Assembly (NCBI GenBank): GCA_964555875.1
Contig: CAZKUD010000004.1
Span: 3,580 to 67,579 of the forward strand
Reading direction: 5' to 3'
From: an uncultured archaeon
GTDB taxonomy: Archaea; Aenigmatarchaeota; Aenigmatarchaeia; QMZP01
Length of the DNA: 64,000 nucleotides
This document shows positions 1 to 9,014 of this stretch, in pieces. The translations under genes and the position numbers were made by a program. The notes below the pieces were generated by a model. The model had not been told where the DNA came from. It saw only the letters and a program-made list of their open reading frames with translations, and made no database searches. Position 1 is the first letter of the stretch. Each line of letters opens with the position of its first letter.

Positions 1-507
1 GTCCTTGCCCATGTCCACGAAGCCGTCAGGCAGGTACCTCGGCATTCCCTTCAGTCTCCTGCCGCTATGGTCGAATACTGCCCAATCGAGCAGGACCTCT
101 ACGTTCAGGGCATCAATGAGGCTGTCATCGCCGTCCATCCTGCTGTAAGCATACAGGTTCATGGCCCTGATGTACCTGACAGGGTCGGCTGCGAAGAGGA
201 GTGCACCTGCCTTCTTCCTGGTTTCCAGGCTCCTCTCCCTGAATTCACGGACAGCGTCCCTCCCTGAGCCGGTCCTGTGCCCCCCGAGCAGTATGGAAAC
301 AGTGGTTTCATCCATGAGCCTCTCCATGTCCCCGCCTATGGCTTCCAGGGCATCAGGGGTTTCCAGTGCCCCTCTCGTCAGTGGGACCTCGCATACCGGC
401 TCCTGCGCGACCGGGTCTGCCCTGAGCGCCTCCAGCACTTCAGGGCCGTATTCCTCTGTTTCTGTGTTGTCAGGGTCCCTTCCATGGCCTTCCTGCATCG
501 TGCCCAT
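1..507 (-). CDS. hypothetical protein (runs off window start)
   Basis: Manual translation from ATG at 507 (MGTMQEGHGRDPDNTETEEYGPEVL...) stays open to position 1; follows 514..981 on the same strand; not in the ORF track. Confidence 0.6.
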   Translation of the reverse strand, partial: MGTMQEGHGRDPDNTETEEYGPEVLEALRADPVAQEPVCEVPLTRGALETPDALEAIGGDMERLMDETTVSILLGGHRTGSGRDAVREFRERSLETRKKAGALLFAADPVRYIRAMNLYAYSRMDGDDSLIDALNVEVLLDWAVFDHSGRRLKGMPRYLPDGFVDMGKD

Positions 508-513
508 AACGCA

Positions 514-981
514 TCACTGGCCTCCCTCGGCCCCTCCTTCGCCTTCCAGGTTGAAGAAGTCATCCCAGTAAGCCTCCTCCATGTGGGCTGCGCATTTCGG
601 GAACATGTTGTCCAGCCAGTAGTTCTCGTCATTCGTGTGGGGAACATACACCTTTCCCCTGCCTGGGACCATCCCGGCATCCCTCAGGGCTTCCAACGCC
701 TTGTCATTGAACCTTGTGACCCAAACGTCCATGTTTTCATCCACGAAGGCCAGTATATTTTGGTTTATGCCGTATGTCCCGACGTCTACTGGTTTGCCCT
801 TTTGGATTATCCTCGGCTGGAAGGGAGGGACAAGCGTCTCGAAGGTGCCTGTAACGTTGACGAACACCGTCCTTCCGACATACCCAAGTTCCACACCAGC
901 TTCCATCGCAGGGGTGCCTTCCACATACTTCGGGTCAACCCCCCTGTACATTATCTTGTCCATGATATCACCATTTGTCAC
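514..981 (-). CDS. hypothetical protein
   Basis: 155 aa ORF with host-like codon usage; AT-rich TATA-like sequence upstream (~1020-1028). Confidence 0.65.
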   Translation of the reverse strand: MTNGDIMDKIMYRGVDPKYVEGTPAMEAGVELGYVGRTVFVNVTGTFETLVPPFQPRIIQKGKPVDVGTYGINQNILAFVDENMDVWVTRFNDKALEALRDAGMVPGRGKVYVPHTNDENYWLDNMFPKCAAHMEEAYWDDFFNLEGEGGAEGGQ

Positions 982-1100
982 TATTTATTAGTGACACTTA
1001 GTTATAGGGTGTATCGGGGATATTTAAAGGTTCCGGTGGGGCTCTTGATAGCGTTTTCTGGCCCAAAAACAGGAGTTTTCTGGCCTCAAAATCATGTCTC

Positions 1101-1589
1101 TCAGCACCTGGTGCTGACTGTAAGCCTTCCCTTCCTTGCCGCCTTTCTGACTGTGTCGACGTCCCCAGGCCGCTCCAGCCACTTCCAGCTGGTCTCCCTT
1201 ATCTTCTCCTTCACTCCCTCTGCGAACTCGTACTTGTCGACGTCCTTCACTGATATCCAGGCGTAGGCCTCCCTGTGGTCTTCCAGCTTCACCCTTTTGG
1301 TGGTGGGCCACACACGGAAGCAGAACCCCTTTACTGTATGGCCGTCGGGTCTCCTGAAAGCATAGTCCCAGAGGAAGTCGAACCTGTCCTTTATCCCCAG
1401 GCCTGTCTCCTCCTTCACTTCCCTCTTCAGGACCTCCATGACTCCCTCGTCCTCCTCTGCCTTCCCGCCTGGTATGGTCCACATGTTGGGGAACGCTATC
1501 TCCTTCTCATGCCTCCTGATGATGAGGAACCTCTTGTCGTCCCGCACTATCATCGCTGATATGTGCACTATGTGCTTCTTCCTTTCCAT
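1101..1589 (-). CDS. NUDIX hydrolase (MutT-like)
   Basis: Nudix box GGKAEEDEGVMEVLKREVKEETGL; start overlaps the ogg stop. Confidence 0.9.
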   Translation of the reverse strand: MERKKHIVHISAMIVRDDKRFLIIRRHEKEIAFPNMWTIPGGKAEEDEGVMEVLKREVKEETGLGIKDRFDFLWDYAFRRPDGHTVKGFCFRVWPTTKRVKLEDHREAYAWISVKDVDKYEFAEGVKEKIRETSWKWLERPGDVDTVRKAARKGRLTVSTRC

Positions 1590-2224
1590 TATTTCAGCAC
1601 CTTCCCTGTCTTCATGTACCAGAGGTAGAGGTCGAGCTCGGCCAGCCTCAGGCCGGTCTTGATTCCCATCTCCTTAAGCTTGTCCTCGCACTCCAGGTAG
1701 AACCTCCTGTTCACGCTCTTGGGCACGCGCTCTATAAGGCCGTACTCCTTCATTATCCAGAGTATGTGCCTGTCGATTATGGCCACGTCCTTGTAGCCCA
1801 CGTTCCTGAGGAAGTGGCTGGACTCCTTCCAGCCCAGTCCCTTTATGTGCTCTATCAGCCACCTCCTGGCGCTTTTCGAGTTCCTGTCCCTTATCCTGTC
1901 CTTCACGTCAGCATGCTTCCTGGCAGCCAGTATGAACTTGGCCCTTGTGTTTGGGAACCTGTGGCCCAGGCCCTTCAGCCTGGCCGCCAGCCTCTCCTCG
2001 GAGTCTCCCAGGAAGCCCTCAGGACCTATAACTTCCTGTATCTTTATGCCCCTCTGGGCAGAGCCGTTGGCTGTCAGTATGCAGAAGCAGAGCTCAGAGA
2101 ACCATTCCGCGTTCCCTTTCTGTGACAGCTCCTCGAACTCCCACATCCTCTTGTCAACTGTCCTCTTGAGGCCGCTGTTCGCCAGCTCCTTCACCTTCTT
2201 GACCAGCTGGTCTGGCGTGTGCAT
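1589..2224 (-). CDS. ogg: 8-oxoguanine DNA glycosylase/AP lyase (Ogg2 type)
   Basis: ELCFCILTAN, HhH motif KGLGWKESSHFLRNVG, AIIDRH, C-terminal DLYLWYMKTGKVLK. Confidence 0.92.
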   Translation of the reverse strand: MHTPDQLVKKVKELANSGLKRTVDKRMWEFEELSQKGNAEWFSELCFCILTANGSAQRGIKIQEVIGPEGFLGDSEERLAARLKGLGHRFPNTRAKFILAARKHADVKDRIRDRNSKSARRWLIEHIKGLGWKESSHFLRNVGYKDVAIIDRHILWIMKEYGLIERVPKSVNRRFYLECEDKLKEMGIKTGLRLAELDLYLWYMKTGKVLK

Positions 2225-2263
2225 GCTTTTTATTAAAACTGGGGGTTAAATAAAGCATACGAT

Positions 2264-2337
2264 GGCCGCAGTGGTGTTAATGGTTAGCATGTGGGACTGT
2301 GGATCCCTTGGTCCGAGTTCGAGTCTCGGCTGCGGCC
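2264..2337 (+). tRNA. tRNA-His(GTG) with encoded G-1
   Basis: Acceptor GCCGCAG/CTGCGGC, anticodon loop CT-GTG-GA, T-arm CCGAG-TTCGAGT-CTCGG, G at -1 opposite discriminator C. Confidence 0.93.
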
Positions 2338-2360
2338 CTTCCTCTTTCTGAGAGAATGAA

Positions 2361-2558
2361 TGCGGGGGGAGAGATTTGAACTCTCGAAGGCGCTAAGCCA
2401 CAGGATGTCCTATCATCGTTCCTTCCGGAACTCGATACACTTAAGTGACCTTAAGTTTGGCAGCCTTGCTTGTTGCAAGCATAGCACCTGCCCCTTTGAC
2501 CATTCCCGAGCCTTCCCTTTGGCTGAAGCCTTTGGAAAGGCTTCTCGGGAACCCCCGC
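2361..2558 (-). tRNA. tRNA-Leu(TAA) with three BHB introns (15/16, 30/31, 37/38)
   Basis: Exons 2558-2544, 2502-2487, 2456-2450, 2406-2361 join into an 84-nt cloverleaf with a long variable arm; each junction forms a bulge-helix-bulge. Confidence 0.9.
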
Positions 2559-2615
2559 TTATAGAGAAATTGTCCTGCCTTGTTTAAAAGGTTCTTTCAG
2601 GCACTTGGAACGGTT

Positions 2616-2816
2616 TTACTTCTTCTCAGAGAGGGTGTCGACCCTCTGCTCGAGCAGGGCCAGGCTGCCGGAGATGTCCTCCAGCATTATGGCCAACTTG
2701 TCCACCCAGGCGGCCACTATCTTCACGTCAAGGCTGTCCGCCTTGTCGTTTATCTCCTGCCTGAGCGCCCCCAGGTCGCTCTTGAACTCCTCGAATGATG
2801 TTATTGCCATAAGCAT
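2616..2816 (-). CDS. small coiled-coil protein
   Basis: Start overlaps the trpS stop (TGATG); heptad-like acidic sequence. Confidence 0.6.
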   Translation of the reverse strand: MLMAITSFEEFKSDLGALRQEINDKADSLDVKIVAAWVDKLAIMLEDISGSLALLEQRVDTLSEKK

Positions 2817-4603
2817 CACTTGATGAACTTGCCCACCAGCTTCTTGGCCTTCTCCCTCTTCTTCTGGTGCTCTGTAAGGAACCTTGTCAGCAGTTCAGCG
2901 CACTCCTTCTTGCACTCCCCGCAAAGGCGCTTACCTTTCTTGCACTCCTCCCTCACCTTCTGGAGGTGCTTGTCATCCCTTGCCAGGTGGTAGGCGAACA
3001 TGTCGTAGACCGTGCACACGTCAGGGTCTGCGCCCCTCTTCCTCTGCTCGTCAGCGTTGCCCCTCCCGCCCGTGAAGGCGGCTGATAGCTTCTTGGCCGC
3101 CGCCTTCGGGGGGTCGGAAAGGGCTATATGGGAGCCCGGGTCAGAGCTTGCCATCTTGCCTCCCTTGAGGCCTTTCATGAACATGTGGTAAGTGGACGAG
3201 GGCGGGATGAAGCCGAACTCGTCCTTCACCCTGTTGGCTATGTCCCTCGTGAGCCTGAGGTGGGGGTCCTGGTCTATACCCACAGGCACCACCACAGGCG
3301 CCTTCTTCCCTTCGAACTCGGGAAGCATGGGGTGCAGGATGTCAGCCACCTGCGTCATTATGGAGGTTATCTTGCCGGGCGAAAGGTCTCCATATATGGA
3401 CTTCATCTCGTTCATGGTGGGCTTCTTGGACACTATGCCAATCAGCCTGTAGTAGGCGTTCGCCTTCCTGTGGTCGGAGTGCCTGTCGCTCTGGAAGTAG
3501 AAGTCCACGTTCTCCGGCTTCAGGCCGAGGGCTATGTAGTTGAGCAGGTACTCGTTTATCGCGACCTCCTTCAGCTCCTTGAATGTGCATTTCCTCATGT
3601 TATAGGCCTCTATGTCGGCCACGCAGAGGTATACCCTGGCCCCTATGCTCTGGTAATAGACTATCTGGTCAGCCAGCATCTTGTGGCCGAAATGGAACTT
3701 GCCTGAGGGCATCAGGCCCGTCATCATTGACCAGGGCTTGCCTGACTTCACGGCGTCAGCTATGTTCTTGAAGTCCCTGTGCCCGAAAACTATCCCCCTC
3801 TTCATGAGCGGGTGGGGATCAGGCAGCCTGTTAGACATCGGCTTGAACTTGCTTATGCCAAATTCTTCTAACAGCTTGTCGTAGTCCCTTATCTTCTGCT
3901 CCCCCCAGGGGTTTATCCTCTCTGCTGAAACGATGCCTGTCTTGACCTCCTTCCCGAGTATGTGGAGCTCGGTCTCGCCTGGCCTGCCCTTTCCCATGGC
4001 AGCCATCCTGGCGGCGTCCTTCAGGCAGTTCTTTATCCTGGCGTCCTTCACCCCCGGGACGTAGAATGCGAAGTATGCACAGTTCTTCGTCTTCCCTGTT
4101 ACTTTTGTCCTCAGCGACTGGCCCTCAAGGTACGTCCCTATCACGCCGCCTCTGTCTTTCACCACAACATCGCCCTGCTCGAGCGTGACCGTGTCGCCGG
4201 CCATGTTGGTGAACTCGTCCCCCTCCATGGCCTGGTCAACAGTGAGCGCGCCGTCCATCCTGTCGCTGTCCATCACGCCCATCAGCACCAGGTGCTTGAG
4301 CTCTGCCAGCAGCATGGCGTCCACCATCGGGGACAGGGTAGGTATGCCCTTTCCCTTGAGTACGGCCTTCACTCCCTCCAGTATGGGGAAGGGCCTGTCA
4401 TGGCGGCCGAAGAACTTGTCGTAGGCCTTTATGATGTCCACCTTCTCCCAGTTCCTGTACTCCTTCTTGACTATCCTCTCCACAGTGCTCCTCTCGTCCC
4501 TGAGCTCCCTGGACCCTGTGTTGACTGAGCCCTTCACCTCGACCAGGCCCAGACGCATGGTCGGATAGCGCTCCTTTATCCTCTGGGAAAACTGAACTTC
4601 CAT
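2816..4603 (-). CDS. trpS: tryptophanyl-tRNA synthetase with N-terminal B3/4 domain
   Basis: TGLMPSGKFHFGH (HIGH), QVADIL, VPVGIDQDPH, KMASS, C-terminal CGECK; first ~215 aa resemble the PheRS-beta B3/4 domain. Confidence 0.92.
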   Translation of the reverse strand: MEVQFSQRIKERYPTMRLGLVEVKGSVNTGSRELRDERSTVERIVKKEYRNWEKVDIIKAYDKFFGRHDRPFPILEGVKAVLKGKGIPTLSPMVDAMLLAELKHLVLMGVMDSDRMDGALTVDQAMEGDEFTNMAGDTVTLEQGDVVVKDRGGVIGTYLEGQSLRTKVTGKTKNCAYFAFYVPGVKDARIKNCLKDAARMAAMGKGRPGETELHILGKEVKTGIVSAERINPWGEQKIRDYDKLLEEFGISKFKPMSNRLPDPHPLMKRGIVFGHRDFKNIADAVKSGKPWSMMTGLMPSGKFHFGHKMLADQIVYYQSIGARVYLCVADIEAYNMRKCTFKELKEVAINEYLLNYIALGLKPENVDFYFQSDRHSDHRKANAYYRLIGIVSKKPTMNEMKSIYGDLSPGKITSIMTQVADILHPMLPEFEGKKAPVVVPVGIDQDPHLRLTRDIANRVKDEFGFIPPSSTYHMFMKGLKGGKMASSDPGSHIALSDPPKAAAKKLSAAFTGGRGNADEQRKRGADPDVCTVYDMFAYHLARDDKHLQKVREECKKGKRLCGECKKECAELLTRFLTEHQKKREKAKKLVGKFIK

Positions 4604-4633
4604 AATATAGATTGGCTCCCCATTCTAATAACC

Positions 4634-5869
4634 TTACTCCAGGGCTTCCAGCGTTTCCTTGACATGGTCCAGGAAGCGCTGCCACCTGGATTTCTTCCTG
4701 TGCCTGACCCTCACCATGACCAGGGCCACCAGTATCGCCACGGACAGGAGGATGACCAGTATCCACCAGATGGGCTTCCTGCGCCTCTTCCAGAAGAGGT
4801 ATGCCAGTATGGCTGCTATGGAGGCCATCACGACCCACCAGTACCAGCATATCCCGAGGAACCTGCCGAAGTCCAAACCCAGGAGCATGCATTCAGGCAC
4901 GCAGTCGTTGTTGAAGCATATGTACCCGGGAGGGCACCCGCAGTCTATCGGGCAGGCCATGCAGCCCTCCCCTATGGTTGCGTCGCATATCTGGTCCCCG
5001 CAGTAGGGGCTCGGCTTCTCCACCACGGGAGGCTTGGCTATGGGCGTGCCCACCGTAAGGAAGAAGCCCGTGAAGCCTGAAGTGGACGAGAGGAAGTAGA
5101 GGAACTCGGAATCATAGCCTTCCATCCAGTACCTGTCATCGCCCTCCTCTATTGGCCCTATGGGAAGCGTGTTCCTCTTGTTCAGGTAGAACCTTATGAC
5201 CTTTATGCTGTCCGGGTCTATGTTGAACTCCTCTATCCAGTCCCTGCCCACCTTCGATATTACGAAGGAGTCCAGCAGGTTGCCCTCGTCCAGGTTCTCT
5301 GTCTGCACCATGAAGCACCTGTATGGGATTTCATAGTCATAGAGCAGCTCCTCCAGGACCTCGCAGCTTATCTGCGTCATGTTGGCCTCCGCTCCTGGGG
5401 AAGGGCTCTTGAACCTGGCGAATATGTGCATGGTGGGGTCACCCTTGGCCTTCAGGGTCTCGTTTATCAGGCCGGGGTAGACGGGCGGCGTTGGCGTTGG
5501 CGTTGGCCCGGAAGGCTCATCAGGCGGCACAGGGCACACGCCGCAATCCGACGGGCAATCGCTGCAGCTCTCGTACCCGGAGTAGCAGTAGCCGTCGCCG
5601 CAATAGCAGTCCGAAGGGCAGTTGGCATTGGTCTCGGAGGGGTAATCGCACACCCCGTTCCCGCAGTTGAGTATGGTGAGCTGAACCGTCCCGGTGGCCA
5701 GGGTGGTCATGGTGTTGGACACGGAAACCACTACCATGAACCAGGTAAGGGACAGCATGAGGGCTGCTATTATCAGGAGTGCGAGAGCCCTGTCAGGAAC
5801 CTGCCTAGCGGGTGATTTCCTGCTTCCTGACGAACTCGTAGAGGTCTTTCGCTTTCTTGTTCTTTTCAA
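4634..5869 (-). CDS. membrane-anchored surface protein with Cys-rich repeats and PGF-pre-PGF-like domain (true start probably downstream of 5805)
   Basis: N-terminal hydrophobic helix, CGNG/CGDG..C...E.C..CP.DC repeats, Pro/Thr linker, KVGRDWIEEFNI...STSGFTGF, two C-terminal TM helices with basic tails. Confidence 0.75.
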   Translation of the reverse strand: MKRTRKRKTSTSSSGSRKSPARQVPDRALALLIIAALMLSLTWFMVVVSVSNTMTTLATGTVQLTILNCGNGVCDYPSETNANCPSDCYCGDGYCYSGYESCSDCPSDCGVCPVPPDEPSGPTPTPTPPVYPGLINETLKAKGDPTMHIFARFKSPSPGAEANMTQISCEVLEELLYDYEIPYRCFMVQTENLDEGNLLDSFVISKVGRDWIEEFNIDPDSIKVIRFYLNKRNTLPIGPIEEGDDRYWMEGYDSEFLYFLSSTSGFTGFFLTVGTPIAKPPVVEKPSPYCGDQICDATIGEGCMACPIDCGCPPGYICFNNDCVPECMLLGLDFGRFLGICWYWWVVMASIAAILAYLFWKRRRKPIWWILVILLSVAILVALVMVRVRHRKKSRWQRFLDHVKETLEALE

Positions 5870-6899
5870 AATGATCCCTCACGGGCTTGACGAGCTTGTC
5901 TATGTGTTCGGCAATGCCCGCCTTGAGGTCTGCAGGATGGAGCTTGCCCTCCCTGAAGGCGGACTCCAGCTCCTGGTATGTCCCGAACGTGAGGGAGCCC
6001 CCGAACTTGGCAGGCCTCTCTATCGTCATGTCCTTGAAGGCCCTGAAGACTATGTGCCTCGCGTAATCCAGCATCGGGTTGTTGTCCGCTTCCTTCGGGG
6101 CGCAGTAGGCAGAGTTTATCTTCTTCCTTATCTGCTCCCCTGTGTCGTGCATGTATATGCACGTGTTGGGCTTGGACTTGCTCATCTTGGAGCTTATCTC
6201 TATGTCCATCTTCCTGTTCTTGTCGAAGCCCTCCCCTTCCCCCTTCAGGCCCCCAAGGCCCATTAGGGTGTGGTGGGATATTATCACGGGCTTCCAGAGG
6301 CCCAGCTTCGGGCCGACCTCCCTTGCCAGCATGTTGACCTTCCTCTGGTCAAGCCCGAGCTGGCATATGTCGGCCTTGAGGTGGAATATGTCGCTGCACT
6401 GCATCATGGGGTAGAAGTACTGGGCGACCTCCTTCATCTCGCCTTCCTTCCTGCCCATTATGGTGAGGCACCTGGTCGCCCTGGCGACAGAGGTTATCTT
6501 GGCTATACGTATCACCCTCTTCCAGTATTCGTCGTCCATCGAGTTGGCTGCCCAGATGAACTCCAGCTTTCCCTTTGCGGGCTCTATCCCCGAGGCCTTC
6601 CAGACCTCCTGGAAATACTCGCCGACCTTCTGTATCTTCTCCAGGTCGCCCCCCATCTTGTTGTTTATCCAGCCGAACCAGTCCGCTATCCAGAGCTTGA
6701 AATGGACGCCTGCCTTCAGCAGGTCCTTTATGTTCAGGGCCCGGTATATGCCGAAGGGAAGGTGGGCGACGCCGGAAGGCTCGAATCCGTCATAGGCCAC
6801 CGGATGGCCCTTGGCCTGGAGCAGCTGCATGAGCTCCTCGTCTGTCACCACTTCCTCGCCGACTCCCTTTATGAGCTTAAAACGCGTCTCAGTGTCCAT
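5805..6899 (-). CDS. tyrS: tyrosyl-tRNA synthetase
   Basis: AYDGFEPSG, YPMMQCSD, LGLDQRK, KMSKS, LHPADLK. Confidence 0.95.
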   Translation of the reverse strand: MDTETRFKLIKGVGEEVVTDEELMQLLQAKGHPVAYDGFEPSGVAHLPFGIYRALNIKDLLKAGVHFKLWIADWFGWINNKMGGDLEKIQKVGEYFQEVWKASGIEPAKGKLEFIWAANSMDDEYWKRVIRIAKITSVARATRCLTIMGRKEGEMKEVAQYFYPMMQCSDIFHLKADICQLGLDQRKVNMLAREVGPKLGLWKPVIISHHTLMGLGGLKGEGEGFDKNRKMDIEISSKMSKSKPNTCIYMHDTGEQIRKKINSAYCAPKEADNNPMLDYARHIVFRAFKDMTIERPAKFGGSLTFGTYQELESAFREGKLHPADLKAGIAEHIDKLVKPVRDHFEKNKKAKDLYEFVRKQEITR

Positions 6900-6933
6900 A
6901 TTACTATTTTGGCCCCAAGGCTTAAATTTTAAG

Positions 6934-7212
6934 CTAGTGCCGCTTCTTCGGGTAAACCCTCTCTATCCTCCTTCCCTTCCTGAAGACCGTCCTTCCCCCT
7001 GACTCTATCTCCTGTATCTCCTCCAGGGGCAATGTAAGGGCCTCCTGGCCTGTCTCGCCTCCCCTGAAGGTGACCTTCTGCCTGTCCACGGACACTATGT
7101 CCCTCCCGAAGACGAACGCCCTGCCGCCTGCGATTCCCTCCCCTTTGAGGGCTATGGAGCAGCTGCCTAGCCTCCCGCCGGACTCCAGGCCCTTCAGGAT
7201 GTCGTATGCCAT
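6934..7212 (-). CDS. small protein, weak similarity to DUF504/MJ1316 RNA-binding domain
   Basis: 92 aa; LPLEEIQEIESGGRTVFRK resembles the IPxHRI..I...G..VW motif but lacks His-Arg. Confidence 0.5.
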   Translation of the reverse strand: MAYDILKGLESGGRLGSCSIALKGEGIAGGRAFVFGRDIVSVDRQKVTFRGGETGQEALTLPLEEIQEIESGGRTVFRKGRRIERVYPKKRH

Positions 7213-7247
7213 AATTCCGATTTAAATCACAGCTTCAAATATATGAC

Positions 7248-7925
7248 ATGAAGTTCCTCCGGCTTCCCGAGCCCCTGAAGGGCCTCGTAAAGGGCCTGGA
7301 GCACGGGGCGCTGACCAACATATACGGCGGCCCCGGCACCGGCAAGACCAACTGCTGCATCCTGGCCGCAGTAGAGGCGGTAAAGGGGGGCGGGAAGGTC
7401 ATATACATGGACACAGAAGGCGGCTTCTCTCCGGAGAGGCTACGGCAGGTTGCCGGGAACCCCTCTTCTATATTAAAGAGCATAATCCTGGTGGAGCCCA
7501 AGACACTGAAGGAGCAGAGCAGGATGATAAGGGATTTGGAGAAGACTGATGCCGGCCTCATCATAGTGGACTCCGTCGTTGCGCTCTACAGGCTGGAGTA
7601 CACCGACCCCAAGGTGGAGGTCCTGGAGGCATCCAGGGAGCTCTCCAGGCAGCTGGCAGACCTTTCGAACATAGCTAGGGAAAGGGGCATACCTGTCCTG
7701 GTCACGGCCCACACGTTCAAGAACTGGGACACCGGCGAGAACGAGGTGATAGGCGGCAACGTGATGAAATACTGGTCCAAGGCCATAGTGTTCCTGGAGA
7801 GGACCGGGAGGACATCAGAAAGGAGGGCCACCATAACCAAGCACAGGCACATGCCTGAGGGGGGCTCTGTCAAGTTCGAGATAGTGCAGGAAGGCATAAG
7901 GCCCTCCGGCTTCAGGATTTTTTGA
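7248..7925 (+). CDS. radB: DNA repair/recombination protein RadB
   Basis: Walker A GGPGTGKT, YMDTEGGFSPERL, IVDS, KHR motif; short RecA-core length. Confidence 0.92.
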   Translation: MKFLRLPEPLKGLVKGLEHGALTNIYGGPGTGKTNCCILAAVEAVKGGGKVIYMDTEGGFSPERLRQVAGNPSSILKSIILVEPKTLKEQSRMIRDLEKTDAGLIIVDSVVALYRLEYTDPKVEVLEASRELSRQLADLSNIARERGIPVLVTAHTFKNWDTGENEVIGGNVMKYWSKAIVFLERTGRTSERRATITKHRHMPEGGSVKFEIVQEGIRPSGFRIF

Positions 7926-8505
7926 GTTCCCTGTAGGCTATCTCCCCGTTGGGCTTGTCCTCTGCCCAGACGTCAGCCTGGAACGTCCAGACCTCGGTGT
8001 CCGGGTCTGTCCAGGCCGATATGGGGAGCCCGGCTTTCGTGCAGGCTGCCTCCAGGAACTTTATCGGTTCCATCCCGTGCTCGGCCGCCACCTGCGGGAG
8101 GAGCAGGCCTGTTTGCTTCCCCTTCCTGACCAGCAGGCCGTCCCTTCCTACCTTCACCTTCTTGGGGTAGTCTTCCCTGTCCCCCTCCAGCAGCCCGTGG
8201 TTCACCAGTATGGAAACCTCGACCGTTATCCTGGGCAGCTCCTCCTCCTTTATCGGGTCGAACCTGGGGTCCTCGGCCGCCTCTATGGCCGCCTCTATTA
8301 TGGCCTGGTAAAGTGGGTAAAGTGGCTCTGAGAAACCTATGCATCCCCTCAGGTTGCCGTCAGGGTAGGTGTTCAGCGTCACGAAGACACCGTACTTGCG
8401 CTTGAAATCGTCCGGTATCTCCTTTGGGCCCAGCTTCTCGCCCGTGTTCACGTAGTGCTCCAATGCTTTTCTGGCGAGCTCCACCGCGAATGAGCCTTCT
8501 GTCAT
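7912..8505 (-). CDS. AMMECR1 (AmmeMemoRadiSam protein A) family protein
   Basis: GVFVTL, LRGCIG, DPRF, GLLLPQV, KAGL motifs. Confidence 0.93.
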   Translation of the reverse strand: MTEGSFAVELARKALEHYVNTGEKLGPKEIPDDFKRKYGVFVTLNTYPDGNLRGCIGFSEPLYPLYQAIIEAAIEAAEDPRFDPIKEEELPRITVEVSILVNHGLLEGDREDYPKKVKVGRDGLLVRKGKQTGLLLPQVAAEHGMEPIKFLEAACTKAGLPISAWTDPDTEVWTFQADVWAEDKPNGEIAYRELKKS

Positions 8506-8537
8506 GGTTTAGTATTTGCAGGGGTGCAATAAATAGC

Positions 8538-9014
8538 TCAGAGGAACGTGAGCCTGAGCTCGTCATTCCCGAAGGGGGTTTCGCAGTAATGGCACCTGAA
8601 ATTCTCAGGGTGGCCGTCGCTGTCCCTTGTTTCCACGTAGATCCTGGAAGGCTCGTCCTGGGCATTGGTTATGCAGTTGTCGTTCGGGCACTCTATGAGG
8701 CCCCTTACCTCATTGGGCACCCTGGAATGGTATTTTGCCTTGGCCATGCCGTCCTCTATCTCGCTTATGGTGTTCCTTGGAGAGACAAGGGCTATCTTTA
8801 GCTTCTGGTCATCTGTCAGGATGTTCCCCCTCCCAGGGACCGTCACCCTGGCCTTTGTTCCGTATTTCTCGCTGGGAAACCCGTCATAGACCGAGATGGG
8901 GTATGCCCCTATTATGTTCTTTACCTCGTCGCCTGTCCCCGGGAAGAGGTGGTCTATCGTTATGCCGTCCTTTATGAAATACACGTCCTCTTCATGTATC
9001 ATCCTCTCTGTCAT
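8538..9014 (-). CDS. pyrI: aspartate carbamoyltransferase regulatory subunit
   Basis: IKDGITIDHL; Zn ligands CPNDNC and CHYCE; coupled to pyrB. Confidence 0.88.
   Translation of the reverse strand: MTERMIHEEDVYFIKDGITIDHLFPGTGDEVKNIIGAYPISVYDGFPSEKYGTKARVTVPGRGNILTDDQKLKIALVSPRNTISEIEDGMAKAKYHSRVPNEVRGLIECPNDNCITNAQDEPSRIYVETRDSDGHPENFRCHYCETPFGNDELRLTFL

Noticed and set aside
1053..1091. Short direct repeat GTTTTCTGGCC x2 (22-bp period)
   Set aside because: Only two copies with no spacer array; not CRISPR and no supportable function
277..1266. Long plus-strand ORF and similar long shadow ORFs across the window
   Set aside because: Antisense to well-supported genes; expected from biased codon usage; no recognisable motifs
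2360..2587. 75-aa plus-strand ORF
   Set aside because: It is the antisense reading of the intron-containing tRNA-Leu
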